A stretch of DNA of 63,399 bases, filler included, from Craspedostauros australis (lineage: Eukaryota), in the NCBI GenBank assembly GCA_030167865.1. It is 11 parts of 11 records of this genome, joined end to end, with 100 filler letters (N's around TTAATTAATTAA, not from the genome) between each part and the next. Parts side by side here need not be neighbours in the genome. Positions count along the whole stretch, not along the records: positions 1 to 29,341 come from JALAGF010003235.1; positions 29,442 to 36,475 come from JALAGF010003236.1; 9 more parts are not named here. One strand, 5' to 3'. Position numbers and translations under genes: made by a program. Shown piece after piece: positions 23,801 to 35,287 of this stretch. The notes beneath the pieces are model-generated. The model made no database searches and was not told the origin of the DNA. It worked only from the letters and a program-made list of their open reading frames with translations. Every line of letters begins with the position of its first letter. The first letter of the stretch is position 1.

Positions 23801-25344
23801 GCATGATGAACATGTTCCCCAAGCGGTGGTGCATGATACATGTCATGAAGGACCTCTCCAAGATCAAGTCGTACCTGCGTCGACACACGGATGATCAGAT
23901 CGTCAATCTACCACGCACTACGCACCGACGCGCTATGATCGCAATGAAGCTGCATACGGCGGTCCAGACCAGAGCCTTCGTGACCAAGAAATTCCTGATC
24001 TGGCTGACCTCAGTCTGTAAGTGCGTCAAGCTCACGATCAAGTATGGAATCTGCGCAGGATCCGCCAACGGCTTCGTCTCCTACGGGCTCTTCCTGTCCG
24101 CCAACGGCGACCACAAGGCAGCCGTGCGATCCTCCGACCTCGGCCATCGAATCCTGACCTCCATCAAGGACAAATCGACAGGGGGGCTGATCCACATGGC
24201 CTCGGGGATGTTCATTTATCCATTCAGCCGCCCGCTGTCGCAGGTCATCCAGCACATCCGGGAGGGGTATGTGATGGCCATGATGAACGGCGAATTTGAA
24301 ACTGGCTTTCTTACGTGGCAGTCCTGCATCATCATGGCCTTCTGCGCCGGGTACGAATTGAAGTCGCTGATTCGGACCACGGAGATCACGCTGCAGCAGT
24401 ACAAGACCTACCGCGTCAAGTCGATGATGGGCATGGCGACCTCCTACCTGGAGGTGATGAAGATCTTGCACGGAGTCCAGCCTCTTGATTGGGACGAGGT
24501 GAGGGCCATTTCCAATCACGTACTGGAGGACGATGGCATCGGCTCCGCAGAACACTACACGCTCTCCTTCAAATTCTTCACCCACATGTCATTGGCCACC
24601 TACTTCTTCAAGTACGACATGGCAGAGAAGATATTCAAGCTATTCTATCGATTGAACGAGCAGAACAAATCCTATGGAAGCGAAACCTCTAGATGCCTGT
24701 TCATGGGTCTGATCGGTGCTGCGCAGTACAGAATCAAGAAGAAACGCCGGTACTTGACCATGCTCCGCAGCGCCATTCGGACGCTGCACAAGAGTTCCAA
24801 GACCAAAGGACGCAACTGCATGCACCATCTGTTCATCCTGGAGGCGGAGGAGGCTGCTTCAACGAAGAGCGCGCCGGACCCTCAAAACGTCAAGAATCTG
24901 TACGATCTAGCGGTCCTGGTCGCCACCAAGGTGTCGCATGTCCAGGATGCTGCGTTGGCATGCGAATTGGCAGGTGAGCACTTCGTGCGGCAAGGCCAGC
25001 ACGACATGGTGTCAAGTTACTTCGCGATGGCTGCCGAGTACTATATCGAATGGGGTGCCACCATCAAGGTGCAGCACGTCCTCGATCGACGCGGAAAGTA
25101 CATCGAACACCATGCAATGCAGAAGATCAGACGAAAGCTGGATGGCGACGTGGAAGAGGACGACGGCATCGTGAGCAACTTCACCGGTTCAGAGTCGGGA
25201 TCAGGCGCACAGAGAACGCAGTTGGACTTCTTGGCGTCGACGCAGGTGGGTCTCGACTCCGCCATGGAGGCCATTTCTGAGAATGGTCCCCCGGTGCACC
25301 CAGAGGATACGGTGTCTGTGCTGACGGACCTCAGCGGATACTAG
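20812..25344 (+). CDS. STAND-class P-loop ATPase (AAA_16-like) with helical/TPR-like C-terminus
   Basis: Walker A GTSGTGKS, GKYD...PFSAI, Walker B LFLDDLQW, T.GNILF, FAHDKVREAAY, LACELAG and Y.EWGA.IKV. Uninterrupted 1510-aa ORF. Confidence 0.9.
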   Translation: MTHRNDTSTPSLLPTRQSKAAFDAANLSSGREFYDDGYTEEELNLAEPPSSLNLNGGSASRRLRPSRSSMSGEGSEGTGPSQAPSLSASSMSFFPRNKELARLTYVRDAVMTGPSSANDKQHQQLRGNDKSKHEMRQRGQSRERSSKSPSGDKAASPIPSKSAQAPAGNGDASDKPKILARNSSSLSISASKTSLASATTTRVLARRKCLPAALVCGTSGTGKSKLVEHFLKQNCCTCAASKRHRIKCTCCYILRGKYDEYIGSSDPFSAIVQALTDFARQLKHVDPKEFARIRHCVAKAFDEGAEAQAQSAGDDEGLAASETTAPSAASSGGGGSRSDANGNVQKSVLSALTVVVPSLSMLFEETKTASASATATNRNNSNNKNDGAKTGTPKGQTAPTASQSARVQRAMSKSTLDDELDGSNDSKDTHGMEGGMAALARRGGADNSPTQSTSEEGGDSTNNAWNRLQYIFTQFVKAICTPQRPIYLFLDDLQWSSDVGLEMLSNLISDPQLQNFMFFGTIRHETNPHTGESLMIPPESPLRNCFLERLGADENTPGQEISGKDGEKSSNLTVGRDGASSANDKVNDGVMDRKLEQIYLDNFTEDETGRWLSQLLNRAVVELEPLTKKLHATTDGNILFLLESLQELERNHVLVYSRISFQWEWNLQGSSNNKEEIPISDSITAVLKSKLLHMPEELQQVLSIAAYIRTNFDTRLLQLLLTNEKAHASGIMQDGTAAGEGGSFRSGRESSAPLTSEQGAPAVPDQQRLEELLEQAVLERIILNPIGDSTYSFAHDKVREAAYGMVPFGETRDKLRLRIGHCLLDLCKKSIQSTSKDLQEQQHLKQTSAAWSLDGSPQEKRDDIDNLLFVAADHLNSVPTKDHLFIVKLNLEVGERALKIAAIASAATYLHKAATSMKKVRDPWGQHYDLSLRLHRARADVELTLGHYDAGYKIAEETTSRARTLDEKLPTYVSLVHALGRQDRQLDALNLTLDTMRMMNMFPKRWCMIHVMKDLSKIKSYLRRHTDDQIVNLPRTTHRRAMIAMKLHTAVQTRAFVTKKFLIWLTSVCKCVKLTIKYGICAGSANGFVSYGLFLSANGDHKAAVRSSDLGHRILTSIKDKSTGGLIHMASGMFIYPFSRPLSQVIQHIREGYVMAMMNGEFETGFLTWQSCIIMAFCAGYELKSLIRTTEITLQQYKTYRVKSMMGMATSYLEVMKILHGVQPLDWDEVRAISNHVLEDDGIGSAEHYTLSFKFFTHMSLATYFFKYDMAEKIFKLFYRLNEQNKSYGSETSRCLFMGLIGAAQYRIKKKRRYLTMLRSAIRTLHKSSKTKGRNCMHHLFILEAEEAASTKSAPDPQNVKNLYDLAVLVATKVSHVQDAALACELAGEHFVRQGQHDMVSSYFAMAAEYYIEWGATIKVQHVLDRRGKYIEHHAMQKIRRKLDGDVEEDDGIVSNFTGSESGSGAQRTQLDFLASTQVGLDSAMEAISENGPPVHPEDTVSVLTDLSGY

Positions 25345-25609
25345 AGAGGTAGTACTGCTAGAGTGCTTCGGTGACGCAGAAGCGGATGAGCACGAGCGAC
25401 GTGCGCGGTTGCCGCATTGATGTGATGGAAAAGATGGATGGACAGAGAGTGGATGGGCAGCGAGTTCACGTAGAGTAGTGGTAAACCGGAATCGTAGGAT
25501 GATTCCATGTGCTCTCGAGCAAACAAGATACATACGGGTATCGGTATTGATGTTTCGTGTTGGTGTTTGGCATGATAGTCGTAGTAATGGGCCTGTTCAA
25601 AAACCTGTG

Positions 25610-26542
25610 CTACTCTGTGGATGTCCTCGCACTCGCCCCAACATCCGCACCCTTGGAGGCATCATTTGCTCGCTGCGTCGCTGCCGCCAAGGCACCGTCA
25701 ATGATGCCAAAGTACTCGTCCGGATGATCACGATGCATGCGACAGTGGTCCGAGTCTTCGAAGCGGTGCTCTGCGATCTGAATCTGCGGGAATTCTTCGC
25801 GGCGCTTTTGCAGGAGCTGCCGCGTCCAAAAGGCATCGCTGAGCAGGTCGCAAGACGAGTAGACGTAAATGGCATGCGGGCAGACGGTGCTGACCTCCAT
25901 CCGTTTCCAAAACTGAGACGGTCGATGCCAAGCGAATGTGACCGTGCACCAAGCCGTGAGGCTGAGGGACGCCGCGACCGTGTACAGGGGCTGGAAGGCC
26001 CGCAGAGACCAGTTGGGATGAGGGAAGCTCTGCGTCCAATCCTTCGTGTTCCATATCATGCGGATGTAGCAAGGACACGAGTCGAAGAGCTGGTAGCCGA
26101 GCCGAATTCTGTCAAGGATGTCGTCGTTGGACACATTGAGGCGGCCCGCGTCTTCTTCTGTGGCACTGACATCGCCAGCACCGGTCGATTGCGACTCCTT
26201 CTGCAAGAGCAATTCCACCTGTTCGAGGAGAAACGCGCCGCCGTTGCTCATCGTGTGCATCACGACAGGCGTTCGGCGATGTCGCGACGTCGCATCTTCG
26301 CCACTTTGACGATTAGTGTCTGCATCTCGAATCGCACGGCGCAAGTCGGCGATGATGTGATGTCCCGTGTCTTGCAATGATGCATTACAGATGAAGCGCC
26401 GAGGTGGAGAAACTGCGGCAACGACGGAACAGTTTCGGCTCCTGTACCATTCGATGTACGTCTCAACTTGTGTCGAAGTGGCACCCAAGTGTGGTAGAAC
26501 CACCGCAATGGCTCTCGGCGACTGCACAATGTGAACGCTCAT
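25610..26542 (-). CDS. DUF829 / TMEM53-like alpha/beta-hydrolase-fold protein
   Basis: HLGA, HTMSNGG, FDSCP, YVYSSCDLL and FEDSDHCRMHRDHPDEY motifs. Confidence 0.85.
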   Translation of the reverse strand: MSVHIVQSPRAIAVVLPHLGATSTQVETYIEWYRSRNCSVVAAVSPPRRFICNASLQDTGHHIIADLRRAIRDADTNRQSGEDATSRHRRTPVVMHTMSNGGAFLLEQVELLLQKESQSTGAGDVSATEEDAGRLNVSNDDILDRIRLGYQLFDSCPCYIRMIWNTKDWTQSFPHPNWSLRAFQPLYTVAASLSLTAWCTVTFAWHRPSQFWKRMEVSTVCPHAIYVYSSCDLLSDAFWTRQLLQKRREEFPQIQIAEHRFEDSDHCRMHRDHPDEYFGIIDGALAAATQRANDASKGADVGASARTSTE

Positions 26543-29500
26543 CGATGACCTGGTCGGCAATCGCTCGAGAGATCAGCTTATGAGGATGCTGGTCGTTGTG
26601 TTGTTGCTCTGTTGGTGCTCTATCGGCACTCTCCGCCTCGTCCCGGAGGGAACAATTGCTCCCTGCTACCTTGGTCACAACTTAATGTGCGTCGTCGAAA
26701 GAACGCTCTGCAGGAGAGAGTCTTGCGAATGCTGCTGTCGCGATGGATCTGTCCCATCCGCAATGATGGAAGAGCAGGCTGTTACGACCTCTCCAACGTT
26801 CGTTTTCGTCCGATTGCTGTTCCTCCTTTCCTCTTTGTGCGGACAGAGAACGAAGTGTGGGTCGAAGTGTTCGCATCATCGCCGCTGTCGGGTCGCAATC
26901 TCCAGCGAAGAGATAGGTAACCACTCTGCAGCCACACACGACGCGCACGTACAAACCACTTCGGTAAAGTGCATCGTTTTCCGGACTACTCGCTGTGCTG
27001 GAAGCGGGGCGACGCCAGATGAAAATGTGAATAGCTTCCATCACCAAACGAGACACACATCGTCAATGATTCTGCGCGGCTGATGGGAGAGGTCTCGGAG
27101 TGGATCTTGTGATGGAGCTGCCTTTGTCTCGGGGGAGTACGAGCTACGCGTACCTATGCACGTCCTGGCATGGTGTGGGGTGAGCTATGATTAGTGGGTA
27201 TGTCCACTCTTGCGATTACTTGTCTGCCTGCCTGCCTGCGAGTTAGATGTCCCTACAAGCTCCACTGCGTGTATGTACCAGTATGGAAGGTGTGCTATGA
27301 CATGAATGCGATGTTCGATGCGATAGCTTGGCTTGAATAATACTTGTGTGTCTTGTGTTCTGTCCATGGTGGCTGGGACGCACATGCCTAACATGTCCGT
27401 GCGGCATCTACAAGTGTCATCAACACGATTCCTGCATTTCTACTGACTCCTCCCTCGCGGGTTGATCCTTGGCTAGCTCCTCTCTCCTCACCATCATGCG
27501 GATACCCAGTTCCTGCTCCAGCTCTTTCATCTGCGCAACTCCTGCTCCTCCGACTACTAGTACTTCTAGCCGTGTCTGGACGTTTGCAATTACGTGAGCG
27601 AACCTTCCGCAACTCGCAGGGAAGGATTTCAGATTTAGGGAAGGGGATGGTGTCGATGAGGCAATCACCCAAGTGTCCCACAAGTGGCATGGTACATCGC
27701 GTTACGTTGCGAATACAACCACGTCCCAGCGACTGGCTCGTGATGGACATTGAGGAAACGGCGATGCCCGATTCTGAGTAGCTTCGCCTGGAGCGGTCTT
27801 GCGGGGCCGAACCACAACAACAGCACCGCCGCTGACACCACTGCTGACGACGCCAAAAGCGTCCGTCGTGCCACACTGGGACAGACGCAGATACATGATC
27901 GAATCAACCTCAGCCCCCGGTACGTGGAACCCCTTGTGCATTGTCCTCCTCCCAAAGGAACAAAGCCTCTTTGTGCACCACGACACAGATCTGATCGATG
28001 CAATCCGAGCAGTGCCTTTCGCCACTTGATATCCTTGTGGCGCTCACCCGCGAGCGGTCGGCAAGGAACTGAAGAGCGTTTCGTTGCTGCGCATTGCCAC
28101 CAGGTTTCCGCCAAGCAATTTCCCTCTCATGGATCGGGTCGCTCCCGATGAGCGTCTCAAAATCATCCACGTGTGGCATCAGGGCACTTCCTTTGATACC
28201 ACGCGATTGGATGGCATCGTGGTGGGTGGGTACAGAACAGAGCAGAATACTCTCGAGTGCAATACTGCACAGTAGCTGAGCACGTTGTTCGTGTTCCTTG
28301 CACCATCATCAAATGCCAAGGGGCGCTCGTTCTCCTTTGGATTGCAAATGGAGAGAGGTCGATGCTGCCGATGTATGCAATGGCTGTGTTTCTGCGTCAC
28401 AGTGCTGTCTTGTGGACATGTGTCGGTGTTGGTGCCAATGTTCGGGTGCGGCTGCGGATGTGGATGCGTTGACAGGTGTCCGTGAGTGTCATAGCACAAA
28501 GAGTCCACACGCTCCACGAGTCCACACATTCCGTGGCGCAGTTTTCATTGACGAATGGTTGATTGGACTGTGCACATCGCACAACAGTCGCCACTACCAA
28601 CATAGGACGTGCGAATATCCCTAATGACGTTTTGCTTGCGTCCGGACACTTTCTCTACGACCCCATTCAGGATACGATAGTATAAAAATGCGGATTTTTA
28701 ATATTTTTACTTAAATCATCCTATTATTTTGTAGATAGTATATGGGTTAAGTTACAAGCTTCTGGGCCTTGTAGTTAAAAAGTTTATAATTTTCGCATTA
28801 GTCTACGACTAAACACGTGAGGCATGCGAACGTAGAGGGGTAACTTGGATTCGAAATTCTCAGTCGTGCTCCGACCAATGTCCAGTCGTGTCCTTCATCT
28901 ACACACTCACATTTCGCGTGGGTGAGGTGGTTTGTTGCGAAACAATGTCGAGGATTTTGCAGTGGAAGTAGGCATGCTGAAGTTGCTGCTTTATCTGGGC
29001 TGTGGATCAGTTGTTGAGATCCAGAGTTGTGGGTTGGTGTGTAATCCAAAGCCTGACCCCCACCAAGACTGTCACACTGCCTTNTTCTCGGTTCTGCCAC
29101 CGTTCATGGCCCAACAGGTTGAGCTTCGTCCACGTCCCATTCAGCACACATTGCCTTCCCTCCATGTACCCACTCAATTGTACAGTCTCGCCCTTGCTTC
29201 AGGTCTATTCCCTGCCTGTGTGCTTGGACCTCCTCTCTGCTGGTCGTCACGAACAGACATTGTTGGCTTCTGGCTGTTGTTCATCTGCTCTCCTCTCAAC
29301 TTCTTGTTTCAGTGTCAGTGAACCTGCAAGCACTCACATCANNNNNNNNNNNNNNNNNNNNNNNNNNNNNNNNNNNNNNNNNNNNTTAATTAATTAANNN
29401 NNNNNNNNNNNNNNNNNNNNNNNNNNNNNNNNNNNNNNNNNTATGATACGAGATCGCTCAGCAAAAACGTGCGGTGCAAAAAAGGAAGAGAAAGCGAGAA

Positions 29501-30699
29501 TCGAACCGAAGCAAAATAATATCGCAAGCGTCCTCTCACAGTGACCACAATGCATTGCTGCGACAGAGCATACAAACTTCAAATACCGTCGATTGCATTA
29601 ACACTCCCACGACCAGTGTCGCAAACACACACTTCGAAATGGATTGGCAAACGCTACGCTTCTGAAACCAAAACACACGCGAAAATCAGCTCTGATCTGA
29701 ACCAGGTGGAATGAAGACGTCAATTCGAACGTCTGTCCAACCACACGCAACTTTGGCGATGTCACGCACCACGGAACATGTGACATCACACCGTACTTAA
29801 CGAAAACAAGTACGACGTCATCGCAGGGCCGACTCCGATTAACGTCTGTAACGTTCAAATGAGCACACATTCTTGTTTTCCATCAAGCTACCCACCAAGC
29901 AAAACACAAAGAAAGCGAAAATCAGATAGAAATGGGTTCCACGTGTCGTGACATGATCCCCCACAACTCAACGTCTGTCCGCTTGCATCGTATTTTGCCT
30001 CTAAAACAGTAGATTGCCACCCTCATAACTTTATAACTAAGGCCTGGACTCACCATCTAACGCCTGAATCATGTTACCATAACGATAAAGTATATAAATA
30101 TAGGTTTTGATTTTTATGAGGGGCCGTACAAGCTTGGGCCAAAATGCATTCTGCCTGGACCGCACCGCTTTTCGCTCACACGGGTCATACAAAAAACATA
30201 TGTAAAATGTGCATGGGTGCTCCTCTAACCAAAGCAAGCTCATGTGTGGTACAAAGTAGCTATTCTGCATCCATTGTGATGAGTGCATGGTGTGAGAGCC
30301 TGTACAAAGCAGAGAACACAAGAATTATGATTTCGGTGTGAGGTGGAGTAAAAGCATGAAGTCTCTGTCCACACAGATGGACAATATCCAGACTGTGACA
30401 CCCGCTACAATTGATGAACTGGGACGACCAAACAATCTGAAAGTATGTAACTACTCTAATCAGTTGCAGCCGCCGCTCGCTTCATGTTGCTGGCCACACA
30501 GGGACATCACTCCGGAGACGTGGTCCCAGTGCCTCGTGAAGAGGGGCGGAGAGGTCTGCTTGGTAGACATGTCGGCAGCGATCCAACCAGACAAGTTTCT
30601 GCGAACGCAATGTGGTCGTTTTCCACCCACTGTTGAACAGCAAAATGTTGAATGGCGTCGTGGCGTGTGCGACGCGAGGGCTGCCGTGCGTTGGCCATC

Positions 30700-31900
30700 A
30701 TGAGCGTAATTCAGTTGTTCTCGTACAGCACCGTACCACACCGCTGAAGTACACCAAGCTTGCCAAGGATGCAACAAATGCATAATGCCATGCGACCATC
30801 ATCGGAAGCACAGAGAAGTTCAGCCTCTGTGCTGGACATGGCAACCATGATCTGCACTCTCGGTTTCCATGCGATGGCAGCAGCAGCGAGATGGAAAATG
30901 ATGGACAACACTGACTGTTGTTGCTGAGTGTCCATGGCCCAATCACTGTCAGCATACCTTTAGAGGACATTGGGTTGTTCTGCTGGATGGCCAAATACAT
31001 CATCATGTGCTGGCATTTGCTTGGCTGGAACAGGCATGGGTGGTAGTGCAGGGACAACGTCGGTGCAATGCAGCGCGATGCCTTGAGCGGGAGTGCGGAA
31101 GAGATATCGAGAAACCTGCTTGGCGACAGCGAAATGATCTATGGCCAGCCTCGCCAAGAATTAAAAGAGTTTCACGATGGGAAAAGCGATGGCTGGCCTA
31201 CAGGTGATCATGGGACAGATGAGTTCGCCGATAGCCTCACAATAGCATTCAATGTCTGCCTGTGCCTGCTTGAGGCCGCATGCATCCAAGGCTTCAGAAT
31301 CGTCCAGCTTGCGTATGCGCGCATTGCCATCATCCATTGGAGTGAGTGCACCATTCATCTTCTTCTGCTCATTCCATTTGAAAACCTTTTTGAGATGTGT
31401 GCTATTGTGGATGGAGACATGTGTGGCAGCTTGGATCAGATATGCACCAATGAAGTGTTGGAGAACACTGAATCATTTCATGGGAATGAACAGGAACGAA
31501 TCCAAGCTCATCGCAGATCGTGGAGCAAGCTGCTACATCACTGCATGCAATGGCAAAGTCGTCAACCTTACATAGAAAGAGCATGTTGTGTTCTTTGTAA
31601 GCACTGCGGTATAGGCATAGAGCATGCATGGTGGGCCTGAAACCCATGCGCTGCAGCTGTGCATCAACGTGCACCGCCCACTGCCATAGTGCTCAGGAAT
31701 GACCCTGAAGATTCTTGCTGATGAGAGTCATGCAGCCAAACGGAATGGGTGCGCGTCCCTACGACCGCCACCAGTCAGCAAAGGGGCTGTCAACATGCAT
31801 GAAGTACTTCTGTGCACCACAAGAAGCCTCTGCAAATGCATTGTAAATGCCAGTGCCAGAGATGGTCTTGTTCTCCATGGTTGTGACAGCAATTAACAAC
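30700..31900 (-). mobile_element. Degenerate Ty1/copia RT-RNase H relic
   Basis: Fragments LFLCKVDDFAIA, IGELICPMITCRPAIAF, VSRYL and AIAWKPRVQIMVAMSSTEAEL...LYENN in shifting frames. Confidence 0.85.
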
Positions 31901-32025
31901 CAGAGTTGCTGTGAATGTGTGCCCTGTGATTGCTGCCTTGCCTGTTGGAATGTACATATGTGTATGTGCATCGCTCACCCATTGTTCTCTTATGCTCTAC
32001 ACACAAGCGGTGCAAACATTTGTGT

Positions 32026-32124
32026 TGTGAGTGATCTGTGAGTGATCTGTGAGTGATCTGTGAGTGATCTGTGAGTGATCTGTGATTGATCTGTGATTGA
32101 TCTGTGATTGATCTGTGATTGATC
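32026..32124 (+). repeat. 11-bp tandem array: 5x TGTGAGTGATC then 4x TGTGATTGATC
   Basis: Read directly from the sequence; it abuts the end of the LTR-like copy. Confidence 0.95.
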
Positions 32125-32811
32125 GAAATCACATCACAAATTGGGCACACACAAAAAATCAGAATGTCGGAAGGACATTTGTGAACAATCATTTCTGAGA
32201 GCATCGGGAATGCAGTCTGTCCATCAACTGACAGAAATGCATGACATCAAGCAAGGATTGATGTATTTCACAACTAAACCTCAAATGACAATATCTTCAC
32301 CATACCACTGCATCATTGATGGAATATGGAATCTGAAGGATCATGGAAGATGACAGCTGACATCAACAGGATGTCATCATGTCACCACATCAACATCTTT
32401 CTCCACATCAGATCAAGAAGGCGAAGATTCAATGACCAAGTAACATCAAGATCGTGGATATGCAAGGAGAAGTTCAGATGAGACATTGGCGAATACTCAC
32501 AGAGTAGTGCACCAGTAGAGGACGAAATGATGGAGTATGTAACAAATACAGAGTATGTATCTAACACTGATGATGGTGCAGTACCAACACACAAGAGAGA
32601 GAGAGAGAGAAAGAGTGAGAAAATACAAGAAATAGCAAGAGAGCATCTCACATGCCAACTCATAGTTGGACGATAGTTGAGAGACACCAAGAGTATTGGG
32701 AGACTCCGAAAGGCATCGGAACAACGCAATGAAATAGCAAACGAAATAGAAACAACCACCACCACCACCGTCAACAGTCACAAGAGTATCCATGAGCGGA
32801 ACTTGCCAATA
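32114..32811 (-). mobile_element. Diverged LTR-like repeat, same family as 57415-58110 and 54272-54351
   Basis: The reverse complement starts TATTGGCAAGTTCCGCTCA, aligns by eye with much of 57415-58110 and ends AATCACA. Confidence 0.75.
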
Positions 32812-33199
32812 TGCCACATTGCCCAGGGTCCACACCTCATGTTCGCTGCTATCCATGAGATATGAATGCCGCAGTCTGGATTGCCACTACGGAATGCGAC
32901 GAGCACGATGTCCAGGGGCGATGTCGAAGACATGTAGCTGTTCTCGGTCGTTCATGCTGTTCCAGGTGATGTCAGCAGGTGGATGGTTGCCAGATGACAA
33001 CATGTCGATGTCAAACGCTGTATTGTTGGGATGGCTTGATATTTTGAGCATCATGACATGTCATGTGGACACACTGACGGCGACCCACTGCAGCCAATGC
33101 CGCAGGGTGCATGCTGGCACTCTCGTGCCGCGTTAGCGGAAGCATAACGACATCATTCATGTGGCCGATTGGCTTCTTGAGGTCCAATGGTGGCTGTGG

Positions 33200-34160
33200 A
33201 TCAGGTGTTATCACAGTATCTGCCGCAAGACTGCCTGCAGCAAATACATTGCAAATGTGTTGGACAAGTTGGAACGACAACAGGGATCAATACACAACCA
33301 ACATGGTTCCACGCAGAACAAGAATCATCTGGAAACGGATGACTCCAAACTACTAACACCTGACTAACAACACCAGTTCCAGCAGCTCATCGGGATGATG
33401 ATCTGAGTTGTTCAACTTGGATGCTTTGATTTTGCATTTGCAACTTCTTCACTTTCACGTTTCGCTGCATCATCTTGCAAAGGACGGGGATATCTGGAGC
33501 ACAAGGCCATATTGCAAACACAGATTGACTCTTGCCCAATGATATTTGACAACTTCAATGCAACACCATCCAATCCAGAAATGGCCTCGCAGATGAAGGA
33601 GGAATACCCAGAAGCATCAGAGGAAATTGACAACAGATCGCCAAAGCTGATCTACCTACAACTGCCAATGTATGCATTCGTCAATGGCGATCATGCACAC
33701 GATTGAGTCACATGAAGATCCAATGCTGGCATCATTCTATGCCTTGGAAGAACACCAGTATACTTCTCAAGCAAGAGGCAATCATCAGCCACAACTTCAA
33801 CATATGGCACCGAATTCAATGTCATGGGATCCGTGGCAAAAGAGACCATTGTGCTACTATGTGCACTCCAATTGCTGAGGGTGCAAGTCAAGTCGCTAGT
33901 AATCGCATCATGTGACAACAATGCTGCGATCTCGAACACGACGATCACAGAGAGCCTGCTACAAAAGAAGCATGCAGCGATATCATTTCGCAAAGTCTGC
34001 GAATCTGTGTGAGCTGGTATGCAAGTGCCAGTATATATTCCGCCAGCACAAAACTTTGCAGATATGCTCACAAAAGCATTGGCGAGACCAGCACTCGCCA
34101 CTTTCGTCACTGCTCTGTTCGACGGGAGTCATCCTCAAGATGAAGGGGCGTGCCAGCTTT
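33200..34160 (+). mobile_element. Degenerate CoDi-type copia RT/RNase H 3' end with polypurine tract
   Basis: FQQLIG, YPEASEEI, FVNGDHAHD, CDNNAAISNTT...KKHAAISF and NFADMLTKAL with stops. PPT GATGAAGGGGCG is followed by TG at 34151. Confidence 0.85.
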
Positions 34161-35287
34161 CACTGTAAACTATACCACTTACAAATCGAATTGGTGTGCG
34201 CTTCGGCACTTTGTTTGGCTGGTTTTCTGCGTTGGTGACTTTGCTTGTTGTGCAAGACTCCTCTGTCGGCCACCATGATCACCCGACCGGACTGAAAAAA
34301 CACTCGAAGCAAAAACGACTCTTTCGCAGCGACAACAGTAAAAAGCGCAAAATGTATGTCTGTCCGTCAACACGGCCACCAGCAATCGCGAAGGTTCAGG
34401 CAGCGACGGCTCGGATGTGTGATAAAAAATATCCAGTACTAAATCTACGGGCGATGGTGATGGTTCTCGCCAAAACGAGCATGCCCGCTTGCGCAACACA
34501 ACTCCGCGACGTGCCGAACGAGAACAACAAAAACATGGCCCAAATTGGGTGGAAATGTTGGGTGGACCCTCAACACGAAGTCTTGCTGCAACCCGTTTTT
34601 GTTGAACCGGTATTGATGGAAGATTGACGGTTCTCGTCAAAAAGTCGGACCGACGGAGCATTGCTACAACACGGCGCACTGCGAGAGCCTCGGAAGGACG
34701 GACCAACTGGCCAAAAAATGTCTCCCCCCGCGACTCGTTGGTTTGTGACTGAATGGGGTCATAAGACCTGCCCGTGTGCGTCACAGCAACACCGTCGATA
34801 CTACCGGAGTGGGGGCTATTTGACGACAACATTTCGGTCATATCAGTCCAAAGTTGGGGAAGCAATACGTGAACAAATGCAGAAAATAAGCTTTTTTTTT
34901 TCTGAGCGCCAATTTCCCCTGCTCCCTGTCCATCGACACTCTTCGTTCTGATTCGGCCAGATTCGGGAATTGGCACTAAATCTGCACAGACACCAGCCAA
35001 CAGCCGAACCCAAAAGAAACAGAACGAAACCCCAAAGGAACCAAGAAAGCAGCCAAACACCTCCACGAAACGAGTCAATGCGCGGGTATGCAGGTATTAC
35101 CACACTCACCCACGCAGTCTTCGGCGAATTGAGTAACTGTTCAGCAGTGTTGCTGCAGCGGACCCTGTCATTCCCTTCCTTTTTCGCTTCGCGGAGGATT
35201 CAAATCAAGACCTTCAAGCTACTCCGTCGCTTTCCTTCAGGGGCGAACGGTTCACAGTCGCAACATTGACTCCAATTTCAGCCAACC

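Noticed and set aside
27200..28600. Short protein-like fragments on the minus strand
   Set aside because: Too degraded to assign to a gene or transposase.
29386..29397. Recurrent TTAATTAATTAA palindrome and ORFs ending in XXX-LIN
   Set aside because: It is an assembly linker inside N runs, not biology.
32026..32124. Tandem arrays here and at 39754-39870 as possible CRISPR arrays
   Set aside because: There are no unique spacer series and no cas genes, and the context is eukaryotic.
34179..35078. 299-aa minus-strand ORF
   Set aside because: Non-ATG start, A/T homopolymer runs and no protein-like pattern; likely non-coding repeat sequence.
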